NCBI GenBank assembly: GCA_045614665.1 | Contig: JAZLDI010000002.1 | Location: forward strand, 3,366 to 67,365 | Reading direction: 5' to 3' | Length of the DNA stretch: 64,000 nt | Source of the DNA: Candidatus Enterousia sp. | Lineage (GTDB): Bacteria > Pseudomonadota > Alphaproteobacteria > Rs-D84 | In this document: in pieces, positions 35,404 to 44,622 of the stretch | How positions within the stretch are numbered: the first letter of the stretch is position 1 | How the letters are laid out: the number at the start of each line of letters is the position of its first letter | The notes under the pieces: model-generated | The model's database searches: none | What the model saw: only the letters and a program-made list of their open reading frames with translations | What the model was told of the DNA's origin: nothing | Translations under genes and position numbers: made by a program

Positions 35404-36525
35404 ATGAATAAAAATCCATACGAGGTCTTGGGTGTGGCGCGTGACGCATCGGAAAGCGACATTAAAAAGGCGTATCATAAACTGGTTATGAAATATCACC
35501 CAGACAGAAATCCTGATAACAAAGATGCAGAAGAAAAGTTTAAAGAAGTTAATAATGCGTTTGATATTTTGAAAGATCCGCAAAAGCGTGCGGCATATGA
35601 TCGTTTTGGTGATGCGGCATTCGCTGGTGGTAATGGGGCCGGGGCGGGCTTTGGCGGAAATCCATTTGGTGATGGGGCGTTCCATTTTAATATGGGTGGG
35701 GGCGCCGGTATGGAAGATATCCTGCGCGAGGCTATGCGTGGTTTCGGTTTTGGGGATTTTGGTGGTGGTGCGGGTGCGCGCGCATCCCAGCGTGCAGGGC
35801 GTGACCTGCTGGATGAGGTGGTAATTGATTTGCGCGATGCGTATTTTGGTACAACTCATACCGTAAAATTTTCAAGTAATGTAGAATGTGAAAAATGTCA
35901 CGGCAATGGTACCGCCGATGGCGCGGCGGCGCCCGTGTGCCCAACGTGTGGTGGATCAGGTGTTGTTCACGCGCGCCAGGGATTCTTTGCGGTTGAACGT
36001 CCGTGTCCAGACTGTAATGGTTTGGGACATAAAATTGATAAAAAGTGCAGTGCGTGTGATGGACTGGGGACGATTCACAAGCAACGTACACTGGATGTGA
36101 AAATCCCTGCCGGGGTAGAGGATGGAACGCGCTTGCGCCTGGCTGGCCAGGGTGAGGCGGGTGCCAATGGTGCGCCGGCTGGGGATTTTTATTTAGATGT
36201 TCGGGTGCGCCCCGATAAGCGTTTTGCGCGCCAGGGAAATGATTTGATCATGCGTGTTGATGTGCCGTTTACAACATTGGCCCTGGGGGGTGAAATAGAG
36301 GTCGAGACAATCGATGATAAAAAATTAGCGGTCAAGGTGCCCGCCGGGACACAGGTCGGAGAAAAGCTGCGTGTGCGTGGGCATGGTATGCCGACGCGCC
36401 GTGGCGGATTTGGTGACCTGTATATCGATGTGGCAATAAATATCCCAACGAAATTAACGGACAAGCAAAAGAAAATATTAAATGAATTTGCGGGAACTAA
36501 ATCTGATAAAAAAGGATGGTTTTAA
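35404..36525 (+). CDS. dnaJ: molecular chaperone DnaJ
   Basis: 373 aa. J-domain with HPD (KYHPDRN), a G/F-rich region, and four CxxCxGxG zinc motifs. Confidence 0.92.
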   Translation: MNKNPYEVLGVARDASESDIKKAYHKLVMKYHPDRNPDNKDAEEKFKEVNNAFDILKDPQKRAAYDRFGDAAFAGGNGAGAGFGGNPFGDGAFHFNMGGGAGMEDILREAMRGFGFGDFGGGAGARASQRAGRDLLDEVVIDLRDAYFGTTHTVKFSSNVECEKCHGNGTADGAAAPVCPTCGGSGVVHARQGFFAVERPCPDCNGLGHKIDKKCSACDGLGTIHKQRTLDVKIPAGVEDGTRLRLAGQGEAGANGAPAGDFYLDVRVRPDKRFARQGNDLIMRVDVPFTTLALGGEIEVETIDDKKLAVKVPAGTQVGEKLRVRGHGMPTRRGGFGDLYIDVAINIPTKLTDKQKKILNEFAGTKSDKKGWF

Positions 36526-36773
36526 TGAAAAATAACAAAATAAAAGAGAAATGGAATTCATTGCCATGGTACACACGTGATGTTGCCTGGCGTCTTGCGG
36601 CTACGGTTGGGGCTTTGGTGCTTTTGATTGGTATGTCTGAGTGTGCACATAATAAAAAGAAAAATGCAGAGGCTAAATCAAATAAAGCGACACAAGTTTT
36701 GCAGGATGTGCCCGAAGATTATATCAAGTTTAGAGAAGAATATATTAAACAACAAAGTCAGAAACAACGATAA
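36525..36773 (+). CDS. hypothetical small membrane protein (82 aa)
   Basis: The ATG overlaps the dnaJ stop (TAATG) and has a GGATGG/AAAGGA upstream. One TM helix (LAATVGALVLLIGM) and a Lys/Gln-rich tail. Confidence 0.4.
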   Translation: MKNNKIKEKWNSLPWYTRDVAWRLAATVGALVLLIGMSECAHNKKKNAEAKSNKATQVLQDVPEDYIKFREEYIKQQSQKQR

Positions 36774-36775
36774 TA

Positions 36776-36799
36776 AAAACCGCCGGAACGGCGGTTTTT
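36776..36799. terminator. bidirectional terminator hairpin
   Basis: AAACCGCCG-GAA-CGGCGGTTT flanked by A and T runs, between convergent genes. Confidence 0.65.
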
Positions 36800-36815
36800 A
36801 TGCGTATAGCGTTTT

Positions 36816-37448
36816 TTATTTGATTTTTTTTAAATGGCCAATAAATGTATATGTGTACTGGGTTGCGGACCAAAGACTGGCCACCAATGCCAACCATAAA
36901 CAGATTACACCACCATACATCAGGCCGAAAAATGCATAGATTGCAAATTGTTCCATGCTTGGGATTAATACCAATTGCGGCATGCACAGCCCCAACAACA
37001 GGGCGCATGTTGCAACCATTTGTAATGTTGTCTTGATTTTGCCCATTGAAAAGCGTGCCTTTGGCACTGGCATTTCAATTTTCTGGGTGCCCAGGAATTC
37101 GCGCAGGCCACTGATGTACAATTCGCGTGAAATCATCAGGATGACCGGTACGATAATTGTCCAAGAAGGAAAGCCTGGGATAAATGCAGGCAGCAAGAAC
37201 ATCAATACAACTGATAATATAATTAGTGTATTTGCAACCAATAATTTATCGCCGATATGATCCATTACACCGCCCAGTTTGCTGGTGCAGTTGTATTTGC
37301 GGGCCAGGTATCCATCAAAGAAATCAGACAGTGATGCCAACACGTACAGAATAAATGTGGTCCAGTACCAGCCTAATAATAATGTCGGTATAATCGCAAA
37401 TGCCGATGCAATGCGAAATGCAGATAAAAAGTTCACGAATTTTTTCAT
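36816..37448 (-). CDS. pgsA: CDP-alcohol phosphatidyltransferase (PgsA-like CDP-diacylglycerol--glycerol-3-phosphate 3-phosphatidyltransferase)
   Basis: 210 aa membrane protein with the motif DFFDGYLARKYNCTSKLGGVMDHIGDKLL (D-x2-DG-x2-AR...G-x3-D-x3-D). Confidence 0.75.
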   Translation of the reverse strand: MKKFVNFLSAFRIASAFAIIPTLLLGWYWTTFILYVLASLSDFFDGYLARKYNCTSKLGGVMDHIGDKLLVANTLIILSVVLMFLLPAFIPGFPSWTIIVPVILMISRELYISGLREFLGTQKIEMPVPKARFSMGKIKTTLQMVATCALLLGLCMPQLVLIPSMEQFAIYAFFGLMYGGVICLWLALVASLWSATQYTYTFIGHLKKIK

Positions 37449-37488
37449 ATAGTTCTCCTTTTGATTAATTAATATATGAATAGGGTAA

Positions 37489-38916
37489 TTATATCACTTC
37501 TGAATGGAAATGGGCATATATTTTTTCTGCGGCGTTTTGTCCAAGCCCAGGTACGTGTTTCAGAGCTTTTAAATCTGCATCCATAATTGCGCGTACGGAA
37601 CCGAAGTGTTGTAATAGTGCCCGTTTGCGCGTGGGGCCGATGCCGTCGATTTCGTCCAGGACTGATGCGGTCATTTGCTTGGCACGTGTTGTGCGGTGGT
37701 ATGTTATGACGAAACGATGGGCCTCGTCCCGGACGGCGCGTAACATTAAAAACAGTGGACTGTCCTTGGGCAGGTCGTGGAATATAGTGCCATCTGGTAA
37801 AATAAAGTGTTCATCGCCGTCGCGTACAACGCCCTTGGTTACGCCAAAGACCGGAATCCCATTGGACGCATGTTTTGCAATGTTCCATTGTGCAGGGCCA
37901 CCGTCGACAATTATTAAATCTAATTTTGGACCACGTTCAACCGCGCGACGTACAAATTCAGACATCATTGCAATATCATTGCCGGCGCGGGATTTGTCTT
38001 GTAATTTAAAGTGTCGATAGCCAGATTTGTCAAACCCATCGTGTCCAAATGTTATCATTGCGCCGACCGACTGTTTGCCAAATAGGTGTGAGTTGTCAAA
38101 CACACCAATGCGTTCTAATTTTAGGTCAAGCCATTGTTCTAAATCTGATACATTTTTGTTCCAATCTAAAATTGCGCTATACGCATGGTTTTGGCTTTTT
38201 CCGCGATTTGATGTGTGGGTTAGTGCGATAATTTTGTCGCGAATTATTGCGGCGGATTCAAATTCGTTTGCATCAGAAAGTTGCTGCATCTGTGCGGTCA
38301 GATCGTTTATGATTGGACGACTGTCGCCGGTTAGGATTTTTCGCGATATACGCACGCTTTCTGCGTATTTTTGTTTGTCTGGAAAACAACATGGTGCGCT
38401 GCATCGCCCGATTTGGTACAACAGGCATGGGCGCGCACGGTTGCGCATAAATATGTCGGTACAGGTGCGCAGACCACACACTTTTTGAATTGTTTTTATT
38501 GTTTCATTTAGTGAGGACACCGAAGGATATGGACCGTATACGTCGCGGCGCTGGGATATTTTACCCCGGAATTTTAATAGGCGTGGAAAGTCCCCAGTAG
38601 TTAATGCCAACATTGGGTACATTTTTCCGTCAGTTAGCATTATGTTATATTTTGGTTTTAGTTTTTTTATTAATTCTTGTTCCAGTATCAGGGCATCTGA
38701 TTCCGTTGCAACTGTTTCCCATTCAACACGTGAGACCAGGGTGCGCATAACTTGTTTATGTAATTCCAATTTTGAAATGTCGACATATTGGTTCAGGCGG
38801 TTTGATAAATCGCGTGCCTTGCCCACGTAAAGCAGATTGTTTTCTGCGTCATACATTTTGTACACGCCGGGGGCGTGTGGGGCGTTTGCAATTAAATCAG
38901 AAAATTGAATATTCAT
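37489..38916 (-). CDS. uvrC: excinuclease ABC subunit C (UvrC), unusually short
   Basis: About 475 aa from ATG 38916. Contains GIY-YIG (PGVYKMYDAENNLLYVGKARDLSNRLNQY), a UVR-like helix (EFESAAIIRDKIIAL), an endonuclease domain (IGVFDNSHLFG) and a C-terminal (HhH)2 (GIGPTRKRALLQHFGS...VPGLGQNAAEKIY). Confidence 0.85.
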   Translation of the reverse strand: MNIQFSDLIANAPHAPGVYKMYDAENNLLYVGKARDLSNRLNQYVDISKLELHKQVMRTLVSRVEWETVATESDALILEQELIKKLKPKYNIMLTDGKMYPMLALTTGDFPRLLKFRGKISQRRDVYGPYPSVSSLNETIKTIQKVCGLRTCTDIFMRNRARPCLLYQIGRCSAPCCFPDKQKYAESVRISRKILTGDSRPIINDLTAQMQQLSDANEFESAAIIRDKIIALTHTSNRGKSQNHAYSAILDWNKNVSDLEQWLDLKLERIGVFDNSHLFGKQSVGAMITFGHDGFDKSGYRHFKLQDKSRAGNDIAMMSEFVRRAVERGPKLDLIIVDGGPAQWNIAKHASNGIPVFGVTKGVVRDGDEHFILPDGTIFHDLPKDSPLFLMLRAVRDEAHRFVITYHRTTRAKQMTASVLDEIDGIGPTRKRALLQHFGSVRAIMDADLKALKHVPGLGQNAAEKIYAHFHSEVI

Positions 38917-38933
38917 AATCTTTATGATAGAAT
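38905..38933 (+). promoter_or_regulatory. sigma70-type promoter of the pilin-like gene
   Basis: TTGAAT (38905-38910), 17-nt spacer, TAGAAT (38928-38933) with a TGn extension. Confidence 0.45.
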
Positions 38934-38967
38934 AATAAAAACTAAATAGCAAATGGAGGCAATACAT

Positions 38968-39432
38968 ATGAAACAAGAATCTGGACGTTCAATGATTGAG
39001 ATGTTGGGTGTGTTGGCAATTATGGGTGTTATTACCGTTGGGGCAATTGAAATGATTCAGCTGGCGATGAATACACAGAAGCGTAATACCGTTAATGAAG
39101 AAGTTTTGCAGATTGTAACCCAAGTGCGCAATATACACGGAGAATATGATGATTTTTCAAATATAAACAATTCTACAATCTTTAACGCAATTGGTATGTC
39201 TGATACAAATCCATATGGAGGTAAGTACGAGGTTGCCGTCGATCCGTCCAATCCACGTCAGTTTGTGGTAAGTATTACGGGGCTTAGTAAAAATGAGTGC
39301 GAAACCTTTATAACCAAGGCTTGGTCCGATTCGATTGGTTATAAAATGTCAGATGGTAAAAGCAGTGGCGCATCAGGTTCTTGCACAAATGGAAATGGCC
39401 GCAATACGGTTCAAATTACGTATGGTGAATAG
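38968..39432 (+). CDS. type IV pilin-like protein (prepilin-type N-terminal cleavage/methylation domain)
   Basis: GGAGG sits 8 nt upstream of ATG 38968. A short leader MKQESG is followed by RSMIEMLGVLAIMGVITVGAI (Gly -1, Glu +5, hydrophobic helix). Two C-terminal Cys could form the D-region disulfide. Confidence 0.6.
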   Translation: MKQESGRSMIEMLGVLAIMGVITVGAIEMIQLAMNTQKRNTVNEEVLQIVTQVRNIHGEYDDFSNINNSTIFNAIGMSDTNPYGGKYEVAVDPSNPRQFVVSITGLSKNECETFITKAWSDSIGYKMSDGKSSGASGSCTNGNGRNTVQITYGE

Positions 39433-39461
39433 TTTTTTTGTTTTATGATGCCGGGGGTATA

Positions 39462-40430
39462 ATGGCCGCAGAAGTTGTAACTATTTCCAAGACAGATGAT
39501 GGGACACGCCTGCAAAGGTGGTTTGTGCGTAATTATCCATCTATGCCGTTGCGCGAATTTTATAAACTGTGTCGTGGTGGGCAAATTCGTGTTAATTCCA
39601 AGCGTGTTCATGGACGTGAAATTTTAAATGCAGGTGATGCGATTCGTGTTCCGCCAACAATCGGTGGATTTGCAACACGTCTGCAGAAATCTTCGTCGGG
39701 GGATAAATTTTCACTGGCTGATTTAGAAGAATTGCGCCAGTGTATCATTCACAATGATGAAGATATTGTTGTGTTTAATAAGCCAGCGGGATTGGCGGTG
39801 CAGGGTGGCAGTGGTATCAGAAAATCAGTCGACAAAATGGCGGCAGCACTGTTTCCATATGATAAAATATCGTTGGTTCATAGACTGGATAAGGAAACTA
39901 GTGGTCTGTTGGTGGTTGCAAAAAATCAACGGGCGGCGCAGCATTTAAGTATGCAATTTCAAAACAAAGATGCACACAAGGAATATTTAGCGTTACTTAA
40001 TGGTGATGTAAAGCCAAGTCGCGGCGTAATTGATAATTATATGATAAAGGGTCAGGTTTTTGATACGCCCGAGCGTGTCAATTGTGGCGCCGGGCAACGA
40101 CCGCAACGCGCGGTTACAAATTACCAAGTGCTGGCCAGTGCAGGAAGTATTTCGTGGGTTTTGTTTTCACCAAAGACTGGGCGGACGCATCAGTTGCGTC
40201 TGCATAGTGCGTTAACACTTGGTGCGCCAATTGTTGGGGATGCATTATATGGTCGTGATTGCCTGGTTGATCCGGCTTTGGCGTCGATATTGGTAACAAA
40301 TAACTTGTTTTTGTTTGCATATAAATTAACATTTCAACATCCGACAACGGGGCGAATGATGACGTTGCGGGCGGCTGTGCCAGACTTTATGATGCCGGTG
40401 ATCAAATTGTTGGAATTAAAGATTCCATAA
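39462..40430 (+). CDS. RluA-family 23S rRNA pseudouridine synthase (RluC/RluD-like) with S4 domain
   Basis: Catalytic motif HRLDKETSGLLVVAKN, an N-terminal S4-like RLQRWF...GQIRVN, and GRTHQLRLH. An alternative TTG start is at 39438. Confidence 0.8.
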   Translation: MAAEVVTISKTDDGTRLQRWFVRNYPSMPLREFYKLCRGGQIRVNSKRVHGREILNAGDAIRVPPTIGGFATRLQKSSSGDKFSLADLEELRQCIIHNDEDIVVFNKPAGLAVQGGSGIRKSVDKMAAALFPYDKISLVHRLDKETSGLLVVAKNQRAAQHLSMQFQNKDAHKEYLALLNGDVKPSRGVIDNYMIKGQVFDTPERVNCGAGQRPQRAVTNYQVLASAGSISWVLFSPKTGRTHQLRLHSALTLGAPIVGDALYGRDCLVDPALASILVTNNLFLFAYKLTFQHPTTGRMMTLRAAVPDFMMPVIKLLELKIP

Positions 40431-40449
40431 AGGCTTATGATATATAACA

Positions 40450-42528
40450 ATGATTGCAAGACGCAGTATTCTTTTGCAGGTGTTTCGTGTGCTGGGGTTG
40501 TTCCTTGGGGGGCTGGCGGCTGCGGTTGTGATTGCGTTATCCCAGATAGATTTAGATTCACTGCGCGGGAATGTTGTGTCGGTCTTGCGTGATGCGACTG
40601 GATTGCCAATTGAAATTGATGGTGCGGTTGCGTGGAAATTTTCTTTGCGTCCCCAGGTAGAATTAAATAATGTTCATATAAAAAATTCAGATTGGGCAAA
40701 GCATACGGATGCATTTACCGCAAAAAAGATAGATGTGACATTAAATTTGGTGTCTTTGTTTCGTGATCGGCCAACAATTCAAAAGGTTGTTATTTATGAT
40801 GCGGTGACTTGTATCGAGAAGAATGCAGATGGAGATTATTCTATTTTACCACCTAAAAAGTCCTCTGCGCAGGATTCTTTGGCATCGGGTGCAAATGTTG
40901 TGCCGGCAAAGTATCCATTTCGTGAATTTGGCTTGGGTGGGGTTGAAATAAAAAAATTAACTGCGCACGTGTTTGATGAAACTTATAATGTTGACGAGGT
41001 TAGTTTGCGATATATGAAGCGTGCGGATGGACGTGAATACGCTGGATGGATAAAATCTGTTAATGACAAGGTCTTTCCATTCGTTGTTAATTTTGCAGAA
41101 TATAATGCGGAACGTAAAATATATCCGATGAAGGTAGCATTGTCTATGGGGGGCGATGCGTTGATTGCAAATGTTGCCTTGGAAGGGACCAGTAAAACAC
41201 CAATAGACTTTATTATCAAAGGACAAATTCAAGACGTTGACGAGTTTGGTAAATTATTTAATTTAAGTTTGGAAGGTTGGCCGGATGTTGTTGTTAATAT
41301 GGCGGGTGGATTTGACAGAAAAAAAATAACGTTGCGTAAATCATCAATTGCAATCAATGGTAAAAATATAGATTTGTCTGGGGATTATAATTGGGGCGGG
41401 GTGGTGCCAGTTGTAAATTTGAATATATCTGGTGGCGGTATTGAATTAACGGATTTATTTCCGGAGTTGTATGAGCGTAACTGGATAAAGCCAAAACGCA
41501 AATTAAATGTTTTTAAAGATATTCCCTTGTTCGGTCAATGGGTTGTTAATCGCAAAGTGAATTTAAAAATTGATATGGGGCGCCTGGGGGTGTATCGGGA
41601 TTTTTCAATTGATGATTTAAATCTAAGTTTGGTTGTTGCGGATAATGTTGGACGTATCGATTTAAATTCAAAAATAGCAGATGGTACATTGCGTCTTGGG
41701 GCGAATGTTGATATTGTGCCTGATGGTAATATGTATGTTACATTGGGTGGAATTGGGGAACGTATTTTTGTTGGTGATTTGTTAGACCAGTTAGATGCCC
41801 CAGATTTGATTTCAGAATTGCCAACAAACTTGGAATTGTATGTGCGAGCAAATGGAAAAAATCTGTCAGAAATAATGAATACTATTACTGGGCCAGTGAG
41901 GGTTTATTCGGTTGGTTCGGGCTATGCACATTCTGCACTGGTTGCATATATGTATGGAACCGATTTCTTGACCACATTGCGGCACAGTATTCAAGATATG
42001 TTTAATGAAGAAAAAAAATATGACCAAATAAAAATTAAATGTGCCGCCTTGAATGTAAAATTGCGTGATGGATATATTCAAACAGAACAAGGTGTCGCCG
42101 TCGAAACTAATGCGATTAACTTGCGCCTGGCGGGGAATTTGGATCTGGGTGAAGAAACATTAAAATTAGCACTGACCACGGTACCTGTGCGTGGGATTAA
42201 ATTGTCTTTGACGGGCAAGCTGGTAAATTCAATAGAAATATCTGGGAATTTGGCGGAACCTGATATTGCAATAAGTGGTGCCGCCGTTGCCGGAAAGGTT
42301 GCATCCGCCACGGGTATAGGTTTGTTGCTGGCCCCGTTTACTGGTGGAATTGGTCTGGTCGCGGGGGCGGGAGTTGGTTGGCTTGCGGGGGATTTACTTG
42401 AAAACTGGTTGGCGGATGGGACACCTTGTGAAACAGCGCTTAAACGGGGGGCGCCCGAATATCGTGAAGATGTAGATTGGCTAAATGCGCCAATGGCGGA
42501 TTTGGTTTTTGATGTTCTGCATCAGTAA
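40450..42528 (+). CDS. AsmA-family outer-membrane assembly/lipid transport protein
   Basis: 692 aa with an N-terminal TM anchor. An AsmA-like N-terminal pattern (IEIDGAVAWKFSLRPQVELNNVHIKN...IDVTLNLVSLF) is followed by a long beta-rich body. Confidence 0.6.
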   Translation: MIARRSILLQVFRVLGLFLGGLAAAVVIALSQIDLDSLRGNVVSVLRDATGLPIEIDGAVAWKFSLRPQVELNNVHIKNSDWAKHTDAFTAKKIDVTLNLVSLFRDRPTIQKVVIYDAVTCIEKNADGDYSILPPKKSSAQDSLASGANVVPAKYPFREFGLGGVEIKKLTAHVFDETYNVDEVSLRYMKRADGREYAGWIKSVNDKVFPFVVNFAEYNAERKIYPMKVALSMGGDALIANVALEGTSKTPIDFIIKGQIQDVDEFGKLFNLSLEGWPDVVVNMAGGFDRKKITLRKSSIAINGKNIDLSGDYNWGGVVPVVNLNISGGGIELTDLFPELYERNWIKPKRKLNVFKDIPLFGQWVVNRKVNLKIDMGRLGVYRDFSIDDLNLSLVVADNVGRIDLNSKIADGTLRLGANVDIVPDGNMYVTLGGIGERIFVGDLLDQLDAPDLISELPTNLELYVRANGKNLSEIMNTITGPVRVYSVGSGYAHSALVAYMYGTDFLTTLRHSIQDMFNEEKKYDQIKIKCAALNVKLRDGYIQTEQGVAVETNAINLRLAGNLDLGEETLKLALTTVPVRGIKLSLTGKLVNSIEISGNLAEPDIAISGAAVAGKVASATGIGLLLAPFTGGIGLVAGAGVGWLAGDLLENWLADGTPCETALKRGAPEYREDVDWLNAPMADLVFDVLHQ

Positions 42529-42551
42529 TGGGGAGGATGGTGCTTTTACCC

Positions 42552-42581
42552 TTGCACCGAATCGGGGTTTTTTGGTAAACT
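42552..42581 (+). promoter_or_regulatory. sigma70-type promoter with GANTC after the -35 (dnaN)
   Basis: TTGCAC (42552-42557), 18-nt spacer containing GAATC at 42559-42563, TAAACT (42576-42581). The block CCCTTGCACnGAwTCGG is shared with 23452-23469. Confidence 0.5.
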
Positions 42582-42627
42582 GAACTCAAAAGAGTGTGGG
42601 ATACACAGAAAATCTTAGGAGTATGTA

Positions 42628-43746
42628 ATGGAATTTTCAGTATTTCGTCAGGTTTTGATACGTGCGCTGGGGCATATGCAGTCCATCGTGGAAAAGCGTG
42701 CGACATTACCGATTTTGATGAATGTTAAATTAGAGGTTGCGGATGATTTGATTATGTCTGCGACAAATGTTGATTTGGAATTAGTAGAGCATGTAGCGGC
42801 CGATATCACGTTGGGTGGTAAAATTACTGTGCCGGTTCAGATGCTGTATGATATTGTTCGTAAATTGCCAGATGATGCAGAAATTAGCTTTAAACAATCG
42901 GGTGACCAGTTGATTGTTTCCAGTGGACGTGCAGTATTTCGTTTGCCAACGTTGCCGGCGGAAAATTTCCCGGCTATGGCGGGCAGTAATTTGACCACAA
43001 AATTCCAAATGACAACTGGTGATTTAGCGCACTTGATTAACCAAACGAAATTTGCGATTCCAACTGATGATGTTCGTTATCATTTGGGTGGTATTTATTT
43101 CCATATTTCTGATGACAGTGGCGAAAAGCGTTTGACTGCGGTTGCGACAGATGCCCAGCGTATGGCACTGTGTGCGATGGCGGCCCCAGCGGGCAGTGCG
43201 GAAATGCCATCTGTTATTCTGCCACGTCGTGTAATTGGCGAATTGTCCAAGTTGTTAGAGGATGCCAATGTTGATGATGTTATGGTTGAATTATCGGACA
43301 CCAAGGCACGCTTTACGGTTGGTGCCGCAACACTGACCAGCAAATTGGTTGATGCACAGTATCCAAACTATCGTGTTGTTATTCCAAAGGGTAATGACAA
43401 GATTGCAATCCTGGATAGAAAATCGTTTATTAATGCTGTTGATCTGGTTTCTGTCGCCAGTGTTGATAAAACTAAATCTGTACAGTTGACATTCAGTATG
43501 AATAAATTGGTTGTTAATGCGTCCAGTCCAGATGCTGGTACCGCAACCCAGGAATTAGATATTGAATATAATGGCGATGCGACATTTACCGTAATGTTTA
43601 ATGTTAAATTCTTGTTGGATGTTGCCGGACAAATTGAAGGCGAAAAGTTCCAGATGGAAATGCAGGATCCGTTGTCGCCGACAATATTCAAGTCGACAAA
43701 TGCAGACACGGATGCGTTGTATGTCCTGATGCCAATGAGAATGTAA
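42628..43746 (+). CDS. dnaN: DNA polymerase III beta sliding clamp
   Basis: 372 aa with the typical N-terminus and three-domain length, and the C-terminal PMRM motif. Confidence 0.9.
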   Translation: MEFSVFRQVLIRALGHMQSIVEKRATLPILMNVKLEVADDLIMSATNVDLELVEHVAADITLGGKITVPVQMLYDIVRKLPDDAEISFKQSGDQLIVSSGRAVFRLPTLPAENFPAMAGSNLTTKFQMTTGDLAHLINQTKFAIPTDDVRYHLGGIYFHISDDSGEKRLTAVATDAQRMALCAMAAPAGSAEMPSVILPRRVIGELSKLLEDANVDDVMVELSDTKARFTVGAATLTSKLVDAQYPNYRVVIPKGNDKIAILDRKSFINAVDLVSVASVDKTKSVQLTFSMNKLVVNASSPDAGTATQELDIEYNGDATFTVMFNVKFLLDVAGQIEGEKFQMEMQDPLSPTIFKSTNADTDALYVLMPMRM

Positions 43747-43763
43747 AAAATAAAATCTAATGG

Positions 43764-43918
43764 CATATCTAAAGCGGGTTAGCAATGGCTCATGTACGTT
43801 TGTGTACACTACGCCATTTCTAACCCGTTTATCTATACTATTATCTTTTATTTGCTTTTCCGATGCTGGGGGAAGTTGTTTTTTTTTGTTTTTATCTAAA
43901 TCATTCTAATTTATTTTT
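43764..43918 (+). repeat. copy C (composite) of the long-hairpin 3'-end element
   Basis: A three-tier hairpin GCGGGTTAG-CAATGGC-...TGTAC-GTTTGT-GTACA...-GCCATT-TCTAACCCG. It is followed by a degenerate CCGATGCTGGG piece and the exact 18-mer GTTTTTATCTAAATCATT shared with 45268-45285. Confidence 0.6.
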
Positions 43919-43960
43919 ATCAAGTGCAAGGGGGGTAATATCTATGTTTTTATCTGAAAA

Positions 43961-43988
43961 TTGCAATTGGGATTTTTTGTGATAGAAT
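43961..43988 (+). promoter_or_regulatory. sigma70-type promoter of ppa
   Basis: TTGCAA (43961-43966), 16-nt spacer, TAGAAT (43983-43988) with a TGn extension. Confidence 0.5.
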
Positions 43989-44014
43989 TCACCCAACGCA
44001 AAAAAGGATTTATT

Positions 44015-44557
44015 ATGACACTAGAAAAACTGTCGCCGGGTAAATTGCCACCGAAAAAGATGAACGCAATTATCGAAATCCCGGAAAACGGCCACGTAAA
44101 ATATGAAATTGACAAGGAAACAGGCCTGTTAAAGGTGGATCGTATTTTGCATGCGCCAATGGCCTATCCGGCGAACTATGGTTATTTCCCGGGGACATTA
44201 GGTGATGATGGGGATCCGCTGGACTGTGTGGTTGTTTGTAATGCGCCACTGCGTCCCGGTGTATTGATTGAGGTTCGACCAATCGGCGCATTGCTGATGG
44301 AGGATCAGGCCGGTGGCGACGAAAAAATTATTTGTGTGCCACGTGATAAAATTGATCCATATTACGAAAAAACAGAATTTATTGAACAGTTGCCAGAGAT
44401 ATTGCGTTCGAAAATAGAATATTTTTTCCAGCATTATAAAGACTTGCAATCTAATGCGTGGTCAAAAATTGTTGGTTGGGCGGATCGTGCAACGGCAGAT
44501 AAGCTGATTATGGAAAGTATTGATAGATACTGGGCACATAAGCGTAATGCACAATAA
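44015..44557 (+). CDS. ppa: inorganic pyrophosphatase
   Basis: 180 aa from ATG 44015; the track start 43961 coincides with the promoter -35. Motifs IIEIPENGHVKYEIDKETG and GDDGDPLD. Confidence 0.9.
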   Translation: MTLEKLSPGKLPPKKMNAIIEIPENGHVKYEIDKETGLLKVDRILHAPMAYPANYGYFPGTLGDDGDPLDCVVVCNAPLRPGVLIEVRPIGALLMEDQAGGDEKIICVPRDKIDPYYEKTEFIEQLPEILRSKIEYFFQHYKDLQSNAWSKIVGWADRATADKLIMESIDRYWAHKRNAQ

Positions 44558-44563
44558 AAAAAC

Positions 44564-44591
44564 TTGCGTTGTAGCGTGATATTTTTATAAT
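44564..44591 (+). promoter_or_regulatory. sigma70-type promoter of efp
   Basis: TTGCGT (44564-44569), 16-nt spacer, TATAAT (44586-44591). Confidence 0.5.
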
Positions 44592-44622
44592 CAAGTCAGA
44601 AATTTAACAAGGGGTATAAATT

